From a virus, in IMG/VR virus record IMGVR_UViG_3300029258_005404: a stretch of DNA of 64,000 nt; one strand, written 5' to 3'. Positions 1 to 7,065 of the stretch are shown here, piece by piece. The position numbers and the translations under genes were made by a program. The notes beneath the pieces were generated by a model. That model saw only the letters and a list, made by a program, of their open reading frames with translations. It made no database searches and was not told the DNA's origin. The stretch's first letter is position 1; every line of letters begins with the position of its first letter.

Positions 1-36
1 AAATTAACAAAACATGTTAAATCGATTAAAGATTCA

Positions 37-375
37 ATGGAAAATAAAAAACATGAACCATTGAAATATGAAATAGAAAAGTTTTTCGTTGTATCAACAG
101 CCCATATATCATCCAGTGATAATGATGGTCTTCAATATGCTGTTAATAAAAATAATACGATTGAAGATCAATCCCATCCTTGTAATATTGTTGTTTATCA
201 ATATGAATTTGGGTGGTTTATATGGATAGATCCTCAAATGACTTTCAATGATTATAAAGGGTATTCAAATGCATTCAAGCGTTTAATAACCATGGCAAAG
301 AAACTTAAATGCCAATATCTTAAAATAGATCGGGATGGGCCACAATATAATAATCTTGAAACATTCGATTGGTAA
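37..375 (+). CDS. Hypothetical protein, DUF5983-like
   Basis: STAHI...YEFGWFIWI...IDRDGP..LETFDW pattern recalled from the DUF5983 family. Confidence 0.5.
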   Translation: MENKKHEPLKYEIEKFFVVSTAHISSSDNDGLQYAVNKNNTIEDQSHPCNIVVYQYEFGWFIWIDPQMTFNDYKGYSNAFKRLITMAKKLKCQYLKIDRDGPQYNNLETFDW

Positions 376-378
376 AAT

Positions 379-726
379 ATGAGAATGTGGATGGTTCCTC
401 CGCAAATATTATGCAGAAAACACCTTTTTGGAGAACATGGTGAAATTCATAAACACCGTCATAATTTTGTTAAAAAATATTCTATAAATGGTCGAATATT
501 TCCAGTCGTTCAAATAGAGCCATCATCAATGTTAATTCGGCATGATGAATTGGCAGAAGAGATGTTGCGACGAGGATATAATCATAAATCACCTTATTAT
601 ATGCCTGATATCTCATACCTTCCTGAAGAAATACGTAATTCCAAAGTTGATATTAATAAATCGATTGAAGATCTTATTGATAGGTGTGAAGATTGCAAAT
701 TAAGAATAATGAATATAGGGGGATAA
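379..726 (+). CDS. denV: Pyrimidine-dimer DNA glycosylase / endonuclease V family protein
   Basis: N-terminal MRMW..P..LCRKHLFGEHGEIH and RHDELAEEMLRRGYNHKSP motifs typical of the T4 PDG family. Confidence 0.8.
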   Translation: MRMWMVPPQILCRKHLFGEHGEIHKHRHNFVKKYSINGRIFPVVQIEPSSMLIRHDELAEEMLRRGYNHKSPYYMPDISYLPEEIRNSKVDINKSIEDLIDRCEDCKLRIMNIGG

Positions 727-727
727 T

Positions 728-1101
728 GTGAAACCAAAAGATATACCTACCATGATACAAATCATGAAGGCTTCCCGGAAAAAAAAGTGATTCTGTTACA
801 AGACGGCCTTTCTATACCTCATCTGAGATGTTGGGGTATTCGCCAGCGAGGCAACACTCTGGCATTTTTTACATGTATTGACAGGGTTCATTCAAACGGT
901 TGGAAAGAACCGGAAGATTGGCGCGTTTCATACAGAAAAATGTTCGGTGCTATGTGGTGGGATGATAAAATTGAGCGGATGCTCGGCAACCCAGTGATAA
1001 TTAAATACCGGTATGATACTTTCATGCCGTGGTCTACTCAGCACTTTTTCTCAGTTCGTGTATATATGCAATATTTTAACGAATTTGAAATAATTGATTA
1101 A
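728..1101 (+). CDS. Hypothetical protein split at an A8 tract (20-codon ORF 728-790 plus ORF 787-1101 in the -1 frame)
   Basis: GTG 728 follows a strong AGGGGG SD; A_AAA_AAG at 781-787 then TGA; downstream ORF has only a weak SD. Confidence 0.45.
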
Positions 1102-1110
1102 GGAGGATAA

Positions 1111-1572
1111 ATGAGTTTATATAATCAGATACTTGGAACACATCCATTTTTACAACACCTTTTCGCGTTACTTGGCCTTGGTGTAAATGAGGATGATGAA
1201 TATTATGTCGGAAAGATACGGGATTTATACGTGATCAAGATTGAAGATATATTCAAAATCATTTTGTATACCAGGAATGGCGGACCAAACAGAAAATCTT
1301 TTTCTTTGGTTTTCAAGAAATTAAGATCGCATCCGAATTACATCAAAGATTATGATTGTAATATCGATAATACATATGCGTATTTTGAATTCTCACCACC
1401 AAAAGATTGTTTAGATATCGTTCAGGAAATATATGATATAGCTCCTGAAGAAAGAGGTACCAAACTCTTTATGCGGGTGTGTGATAATATGAGGAAAGGT
1501 AAGAAAGATCCAATAACAAATCGTGCCCTTGAGGTTGGCAAAAAAAATACTGAAACCAATTTTAAATGGTGA
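1111..1572 (+). CDS. Phage hypothetical protein (YTRNGG motif)
   Basis: AGGAGG SD, 153-aa ORF; C-terminus may be frameshifted at the A8 tract 1540-1547. Confidence 0.7.
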   Translation: MSLYNQILGTHPFLQHLFALLGLGVNEDDEYYVGKIRDLYVIKIEDIFKIILYTRNGGPNRKSFSLVFKKLRSHPNYIKDYDCNIDNTYAYFEFSPPKDCLDIVQEIYDIAPEERGTKLFMRVCDNMRKGKKDPITNRALEVGKKNTETNFKW

Positions 1573-1620
1573 TATTGAAAATAGTGGTATTGTAGAAGTA
1601 TAATTTCTCAAACATAAAAA

Positions 1621-1648
1621 CGTTATAATTTTGGCTTTTCTGGTATAA
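1621..1648 (+). promoter_or_regulatory. Phage promoter motif upstream of the dTnpB/Cas12-like gene
   Basis: CGTTATAA-N12-TGGTATAA; same bipartite motif recurs more than 10 times in intergenic DNA. Confidence 0.7.
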
Positions 1649-1692
1649 TAATAACAGTAAATAGCTTTAATAATTTATTAAAGGAGGGCTAG

Positions 1693-2907
1693 ATGGCCAA
1701 AGTTAAAAAAGCTAATACTGGCCTTAACAGAACGGTTGTATTTGAAGTCAGTGTTGCTAATAATAATATTAAAAAACAAGTCATGGCGTCTATAGATAAA
1801 TATAGAGCAGTGGCACGAAAGATGTATTCATCGGTTGCGATGGCAGCAACTGCAGGAGCAACAATCGAAGTAAAAAATGGTGATGTCAGGGTTAAACCTT
1901 ATACTCAAAATTCAAAAGATATATTGTCAAAAGCATATAATGTGTCTGGAAAAGCTCAATTTTATGAATTAAGAAATTTCGTATTAAAAGATCATGCTAA
2001 TACATGGCAATCTGTAATATGGGATTCTTGCAGACTTGCAGTGGCTGGGACATGGAATCATGCTGATCCCGAATTTTCTAAAGGTGAAAAGAAGGTTGGA
2101 CGTGGCTGGTTATCACTCCAAGGCGCAAGAGCTTTTGGATTTTTCAATCGTTGTGGTATAGGTTTACCAAATACAAAATCTATACAATTTGGTTCAAAAA
2201 GTATGACGATGAAATGGGACAAGGAAATTGATGATGTAACATTTTTCGTTGACAGTAAGCTTCCCGGGAATACATTCTGGAAATTTAAGAACATAAGAGA
2301 TGGTGTATGGGAAAGGGGTACATGTTACATTGGGTGGAAGTATAAAAATATCGGTGGTGGTAAAAAAGTAAAAACACTTTATATAACAATGACCTATAAA
2401 CTTCCAGAAAATTATTTCAATGAGGAATCAGGTGAAGGTGTTATGATTGTTGAGTTTACAGATGATCCTGAAAACGGAATCGTCATGTATTCTGATGATA
2501 AGTTCCATTATTCCGACAAAATAAGTGTGTATGAGGCTATAGCATGGAATAAGCAACTCAATGTTGTAAAGGATTACTACAAAAAACAAAGAGCATCAGT
2601 TGGTGGTAGAGATAAGCAGTGGGGTCTCAACCAAAGTCTCATGGTTATTAGTAACAAAAGTGAAAATTTGACCAAAAGGAGAATTAACGGCAAAAAGCAT
2701 CGGAATCATATATGGGCCAACAGAATAGTGGCGAGAGTTAGACAATGGGGTATGGGTGTTGTTGTACTCAAAGATTTTCCTGACGGCCTATTAATTGATC
2801 AGGAATGGTCTATGTTTGAGCTTAAAGAAATATTGAAGTACAAACTTAGAGAAATTGGGTGTGAGTTGAAAACCTATAATACCCCAAAAGAAGAAGAAGC
2901 TGCTTAG
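1693..2907 (+). CDS. TnpB/Cas12f-like protein, predicted nuclease-dead and C-terminally truncated, CRISPR-associated
   Basis: AAGGAGG SD; RTVVFEV (WED-like), HRNHIWANRIVARVRQWGMGVVVLKDF and WSMFELKEILKYKLREIG align by eye to TnpB H..SR.IV..A......IV.EDL and W.F..L...LEYKA...G; RuvC-I region VMIVEFT, RuvC-II E replaced by K; ends before the Zn finger; array directly downstream. Confidence 0.75.
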   Translation: MAKVKKANTGLNRTVVFEVSVANNNIKKQVMASIDKYRAVARKMYSSVAMAATAGATIEVKNGDVRVKPYTQNSKDILSKAYNVSGKAQFYELRNFVLKDHANTWQSVIWDSCRLAVAGTWNHADPEFSKGEKKVGRGWLSLQGARAFGFFNRCGIGLPNTKSIQFGSKSMTMKWDKEIDDVTFFVDSKLPGNTFWKFKNIRDGVWERGTCYIGWKYKNIGGGKKVKTLYITMTYKLPENYFNEESGEGVMIVEFTDDPENGIVMYSDDKFHYSDKISVYEAIAWNKQLNVVKDYYKKQRASVGGRDKQWGLNQSLMVISNKSENLTKRRINGKKHRNHIWANRIVARVRQWGMGVVVLKDFPDGLLIDQEWSMFELKEILKYKLREIGCELKTYNTPKEEEAA

Positions 2908-2918
2908 GAATCTAAATA

Positions 2919-3080
2919 GCGCACGGGAGAAATTAAAAATATAGGCGCTATGGAAATTGTGTTATACTAGGCCCTAAAAAAAATATCAGAGTAATTTTTT
3001 CATACGAGTGAGGGAAATTGATTAGGCTACAGCGCCATTCTAAAAGATTTCTGAACTTATTTGTACATAAGGAAAGCTGA
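2919..3080 (+). repeat. Decayed CRISPR repeat relics (up to 4)
   Basis: Relics ending at 2960, 3021 and 3080 are in 59-61-nt register with the array; 2993-3021 matches 17/29; mismatches mostly C>T/G>A; a fourth at 2919-2935 is out of register. Confidence 0.7.
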
Positions 3081-3112
3081 GTGGTGAGATTTTGGATGTT
3101 GTATCAATTATT

Positions 3113-3504
3113 GTTTCTTCCGCGCGCGCGAGGGAAACTGGGATTTGCATTTAATTTCAACTACCTGCGCAAGTATGCTCCGCGCGCGCGGGGGAAACTG
3201 GATATTCGGCCGGGAGAGGGCGAAACAGCTGTAGTATGCTCCGCGCGCGCGAGGGAAACTGGGTTACTTCGTACCTCTATTCCATCATATCCTAGTATTC
3301 TCCGCGCGCGCGATGGAAACTGGGGAAATTTCCAATCATACTGGCGTGACCATAGTATTCTCCGCGCGCGCGAGGAAAACTGGGTTTCTTTTATATACAA
3401 AAGGGTGCAATATTGTATTCTCCGCGCGCGCGAGGGAAACTGGCCCCCCAGCATTTGAACTTGCCGTTATCGTTCGTTTCTTTCGCGCGCGCGAGGGAAA
3501 CTGG
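3113..3504 (+). CRISPR. CRISPR array: 7 x 29-nt repeats (consensus GTATTCTCCGCGCGCGCGAGGGAAACTGG), 6 unique spacers of 31-32 nt
   Basis: Repeats start at 3113, 3173, 3234, 3295, 3355, 3415, 3476; resemble type I-E repeats; plus orientation inferred, not proven. Confidence 0.97.
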
Positions 3505-3544
3505 TTTGGGATATTTCGGTTTTAAAAATAAATTTATATCCGGA

Positions 3545-3661
3545 AATAGTAAGGTGAACACCCTTGCATTTCTTTACAAGTTACAACTGAGGCTACAGTT
3601 TGTCTCGTGGATAGTAGAGTGCTATCTAATGTTCCGATGGAACACCCTCGCGCGCCTTTTT
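3545..3661 (+). ncRNA. Candidate tracrRNA/scaffold RNA with two anti-repeat segments
   Basis: CAGTTTGTCTCGTG (3596-3609) and CCCTCGCGCGC (3645-3655) complementary to the repeat 3' half; hairpins 3610-3626 and 3631-3643; T5 at 3657-3661. Confidence 0.55.
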
Positions 3662-3684
3662 ATTAATAAATCAAAGGATATAAT

Positions 3685-3909
3685 ATGACTAAATTAAAAC
3701 CGAAAATATGTCCACACTGCGGGGTATTATTTACCCCCGCAGTGCCTGGACAAAAATATCACAGTCCAAGATGTCGGAAAAATGATTATAGTTCCAGAAA
3801 ACAATATTTTCCACGCTTCGGTAATGATGCAAAAATGAGACATGTCTTCAGAACAGAGAAAAACGTTATAACAAAATACTCAAAGGAGGTAGAATTTGCC
3901 AAAAAGTAA
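3685..3909 (+). CDS. Small Zn-ribbon protein
   Basis: CPHCG...F....PGQKYHSPRC motif; AAAGGA SD. Confidence 0.6.
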   Translation: MTKLKPKICPHCGVLFTPAVPGQKYHSPRCRKNDYSSRKQYFPRFGNDAKMRHVFRTEKNVITKYSKEVEFAKK

Positions 3910-3910
3910 A

Positions 3911-4138
3911 ATGGAGGAATTCCGTGAAAATGGAAAAAAAATACAGGAAGGATGTATTGCTGAAATGGAAAACCTTCGAAAGTCGTGGATAGATTATAAA
4001 GCTAATAATGAGACACATGGTGACGCCATGCTCCTCATACGCCAATCCAGAGCGCATGCATACAATGCGTCAGCGGCTGTCCGTGAAAGGGTAATAGAGA
4101 TGGGTCTCCATGTGGGTAGCGGCTATTACCATCCTTAA
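3911..4138 (+). CDS. Hypothetical protein
   Basis: ORF abutting the upstream stop; ATG 3911 preferred to track start 3896. Confidence 0.55.
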   Translation: MEEFRENGKKIQEGCIAEMENLRKSWIDYKANNETHGDAMLLIRQSRAHAYNASAAVRERVIEMGLHVGSGYYHP

Positions 4139-4209
4139 AAAAAAGTACTAATTAAATGTACTTTTTTTTATTTATTTATAATAAACCAGTTTAAGAATTG
4201 AGGATTAAC

Positions 4210-4515
4210 ATGGGCTATATATTGCAATCAAATTTTGATGGTTTAATCGGAAAAAAGTGCAGAGTTGAACCAGGTGATCGACCGGGTATTGATAAGTCAC
4301 ATAGTGTATCTGTAAAAGCAGGAGACGAACAGAATGGTGTTATTATTGGATATGTTGTAGAGCTTAACAATGAAATGTTTGAGAACGATCCTGTTGATAT
4401 TGAAACTATGCCATTAACTGTTTTTCTTTATATTCTTATTACGCATAATAATGGTGATGGAAACCAATGGTCTGAAATTGTTAGGGAGGATTTTTCATAT
4501 GTAACATTTAATTAA
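4210..4515 (+). CDS. Hypothetical protein
   Basis: GAGGA SD before ATG 4210. Confidence 0.6.
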   Translation: MGYILQSNFDGLIGKKCRVEPGDRPGIDKSHSVSVKAGDEQNGVIIGYVVELNNEMFENDPVDIETMPLTVFLYILITHNNGDGNQWSEIVREDFSYVTFN

Positions 4516-4703
4516 ATATTTCTTTAACCAAAACGTATATTATTAGTAAGGAGTCAAACAATGTTACCAATATAGGTTACTTCAATTCACCCGCCGTAGA
4601 TTTTTTACCGCAAGCGCAAACCGCCGTAATCTCTATTATACCATTCTGTATAATACCAATTAGTATAACAAATTTTATTTAATTTATTTTTAAGGAGATT
4701 ACA

Positions 4704-5030
4704 TTGAATATTTCAATTGAACAGATTAAACTTATCAGTCAGTTCAAGAAAGAGCTGAAATTAGAAGCGGCTGCGCTTCAACGCCTTAAACAGGACACTA
4801 AAAATGCCCAGAGAGAAGGTGATGTTGCTACTGGAGACCTTCAGTTTAAGATTATCAAGAACAAAAATAAATTTCGGCATCGCCACATTGCATACTGTAT
4901 GTTGCGCGGAAAGAAATACAATGAAATCGAAAAAAAATGCAGATGTAATCCAAACTTCAAAACAATCGAACTGATTAAAGGTAAATATACATACCATGGT
5001 ACAGAAGAAACTATATCTGCTGCTGCGTAA
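4704..5030 (+). CDS. Hypothetical basic protein overlapping the pth2-like gene
   Basis: AAGGAG SD, TTG start; RHRHIAYCMLRGK motif. Confidence 0.65.
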   Translation: MNISIEQIKLISQFKKELKLEAAALQRLKQDTKNAQREGDVATGDLQFKIIKNKNKFRHRHIAYCMLRGKKYNEIEKKCRCNPNFKTIELIKGKYTYHGTEETISAAA

Positions 5031-5304
5031 AGATTTAGGTACAATATATAGTATGGTTCAGGCCGGACATGCTATTGCAGAGTTCGCATTAAACGGCAAT
5101 ACTGCAGCATTTAAAATATGGGGAAACGGAACCCTCGTCTACCTCGGGGTTCCGGATCTTCAATCATTAGAGTTCTGGCAGGAAAGGCTTAAAGTCCGTG
5201 AAAAAGAATTCGTGTGCTTCTATGAGCCTGATATAAATAACGAATTAACAACCATCGCATGTATCGACGATGGAAAAATATTTAAGAAGTTGCGGTTGGC
5301 TTAA
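4996..5304 (+). CDS. pth2: Peptidyl-tRNA hydrolase type 2 (Pth2)-like protein
   Basis: KLYLLLRKDL...MVQAGHA...F.EPDI.NELT.IA motifs of the PTH2 family. Confidence 0.8.
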   Translation: MVQKKLYLLLRKDLGTIYSMVQAGHAIAEFALNGNTAAFKIWGNGTLVYLGVPDLQSLEFWQERLKVREKEFVCFYEPDINNELTTIACIDDGKIFKKLRLA

Positions 5305-5327
5305 AAAGTGCTAAAGGAGTATGTATA

Positions 5328-5642
5328 ATGGATTTTAAAATTGAAATTATTGAAGATATTCAAGATAAGTATGTAATATTTGATACACATCCTAATGTAA
5401 ATTATTATACCGTATCAATGCTGCTTGAAGGTCCATCTGTGGGGGATTTTGTTATAGATTTACAATTTGGAATAAACAGCCCAAGGTTTAAATTATATAT
5501 GTATAGTATTGAAAAGGTTTTTGATTTATTTTGTTGTATACATAAATATAAATTAGACCATGAAAATGATTTTGAATCTATTACTCTTGTAATAAATAAG
5601 CACAACAATACAATTGGCGCGTTTTTTACACAAAGTTTGTAA
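5328..5642 (+). CDS. Hypothetical protein
   Basis: AAGGAG SD, 104 aa. Confidence 0.6.
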   Translation: MDFKIEIIEDIQDKYVIFDTHPNVNYYTVSMLLEGPSVGDFVIDLQFGINSPRFKLYMYSIEKVFDLFCCIHKYKLDHENDFESITLVINKHNNTIGAFFTQSL

Positions 5643-5685
5643 GGTTTTTAAAAGATTCCAATTAGCATAAGGAAAATTATTTTAT

Positions 5686-5871
5686 ATGACTGATGACGAA
5701 AAAAAAAGAATTGATAATATGACACAGTATGAACTATGTTATATGTGGAGATTCGCAAAATCTGGAGAATCACTTCTGCAAGGTGATACTGGTAAGTATT
5801 TTGCAGAAGTTTTAAAAAAGAAAGGCGGATTTACTCCTGAAATATCAAAACATCTCGGTTGGAAAAAATAA
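5686..5871 (+). CDS. Small hypothetical protein
   Basis: AAGGA SD, 61 aa. Confidence 0.6.
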   Translation: MTDDEKKRIDNMTQYELCYMWRFAKSGESLLQGDTGKYFAEVLKKKGGFTPEISKHLGWKK

Positions 5872-5874
5872 TAT

Positions 5875-5957
5875 GGCAGGGTGATGCAGTGTTTAGACGT
5901 TCACGCCAACGATATGGTTCCGTGATTGCGGAGGTTCAAATCCTTCCCCTGCTACCA
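5875..5957 (+). tRNA. tRNA-like RNA with non-canonical, expanded anticodon arm
   Basis: Acceptor GGCAGGG/CCCTGCT, T-arm GGAGG-TTCAAAT-CCTTC, 3' ACCA; anticodon stem TCACG/CGTGA encloses 15 nt; D-arm imperfect. Confidence 0.65.
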
Positions 5958-5961
5958 TAAA

Positions 5962-6188
5962 TTAATGAGAACAATGTTCTCATTAACCCAACGTCGCAGC
6001 CCCTGACGGTCAGGTCCGGTAAAAGCCCGGTTAAATCGGGGAGTGGTTAGCGTAAGCGCCACCTCGCGTCTTAATGACGGGGTCTTCGAGCAGAGCCTGG
6101 CAATAAATTATGGTGTGGGATAACGCTGATATTTCCCGAGAATGAGCGATAGTGATGGGGTGCTCAAATATCAGCGGGCTTCCCCACT
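5962..6188. ncRNA. Structured GC-rich RNA region between tRNA genes
   Basis: Perfect 11-bp stems 5962-5972/5976-5986 and 6124-6134/6166-6176 plus several short hairpins; no ORF. Confidence 0.45.
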
Positions 6189-6193
6189 ACAAT

Positions 6194-6268
6194 GCGCCTG
6201 TAGCTCAGTGTTAGAGCAGTGACCTCTAAAATCACTGGTCGGTGGTTAGAATCCACCCAGGCGCTCCA
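6194..6268 (+). tRNA. tRNA with CUA anticodon (amber suppressor-type)
   Basis: GCGCCTG-TA-GCTC-AGTGTTA-GAGC-A-GTGAC-CTCTAAA-ATCAC-TGGTC-GGTGG-TTAGAAT-CCACC-CAGGCGC-T-CCA; C31.A39 mismatch. Confidence 0.85.
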
Positions 6269-6349
6269 AATTATGAGGGTTGGTATACAACTATATTACC
6301 TGCATCCTCGATCAATTCATCGCAAATACTCTTAAAAGGAAATCTTCAA

Positions 6350-6850
6350 ATGCGACCTGAGAATCTCTTCCTAAAACGTATTAAAGAATTACAGGGCACT
6401 GCAGAACAATATTGTGGCCTCTCTGCTAATACACAGGACAAATACTGGCCTTTCTATGACTCCTATGAAGCCCTCGAAAAAGACTGCTTCAAACGTGAAG
6501 ATGGCATCTGGCAACTTAATTATAAAATAAATACCCATATAAAAGGAGGCAGTACCGTCCTCTTTATATGGCGTATAGCTCCTAACTATTGTTGCCACGG
6601 CCAACCTTTATATACCGAAGACAAAATACAGGAATTCCTGAAACAAAGCGAAACCGAAAAAGTATTACTCATCCACAAAGACTATGAATTCGTCTGGACA
6701 TGGAATGAATTCCACAGACCTACAAGAAATATCTGGGGCCTGAAAAAAGGCCCAGACTATCTCGTCCTGCGAAAGAACGGAGAAATACTGGTAAAAACCC
6801 AAGTGAAAAAACATTTCCTGGAAACAGTCCATCGAATCTTAACCTCTTAA
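6350..6850 (+). CDS. Hypothetical protein with atypical (C-ending) codon usage
   Basis: AAAGGA SD before ATG 6350; track start 6242 lies inside the tRNA. Confidence 0.6.
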   Translation: MRPENLFLKRIKELQGTAEQYCGLSANTQDKYWPFYDSYEALEKDCFKREDGIWQLNYKINTHIKGGSTVLFIWRIAPNYCCHGQPLYTEDKIQEFLKQSETEKVLLIHKDYEFVWTWNEFHRPTRNIWGLKKGPDYLVLRKNGEILVKTQVKKHFLETVHRILTS

Positions 6851-7065
6851 AAATCAGTCTGGAGTAGAATGTAGTACTCTTTGTGGCTGCCAACGGTTGC
6901 GAAAAATGTAAAAAATCACCCCCGATTTTGAAACTGCACCACACCATGGGCCGAAGAATTCTTTCTACGCAATAATTCTTCGGCACCATTCGGTGGCTTT
7001 TGCTTAGGCTTTTCGCGTTTCATCTCACCTTAATAAATCTATCTTAGTTATATATTAAAAGGAGA

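Noticed and set aside
1693-2907. IS200/IS605 or IS607 transposon
   Set aside because: No Y1 or serine transposase nearby, no element ends recognised, and the gene sits under a phage promoter with an array.
2905-2994. TAG read-through restoring the TnpB Zn finger/RuvC-III
   Set aside because: Reading through to TAA 2992 adds about 28 residues with two more TAGs and no Cys; the other frames also lack a Zn finger.
3081-3688. Track ORFs 3081-3458, 3161-3454, 3313-3525 and 3413-3688
   Set aside because: They run across the CRISPR array; the recurring RARAR peptides are translated repeats.
6008-6019. SRP (4.5S) RNA, from GGTCAGGTCCGG
   Set aside because: The GGAA tetraloop and GGAAGCAG partner strand are missing.
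6242-6349. Track start of ORF 6242
   Set aside because: It overlaps the T-arm and acceptor of the CUA tRNA; ATG 6350 has an SD.
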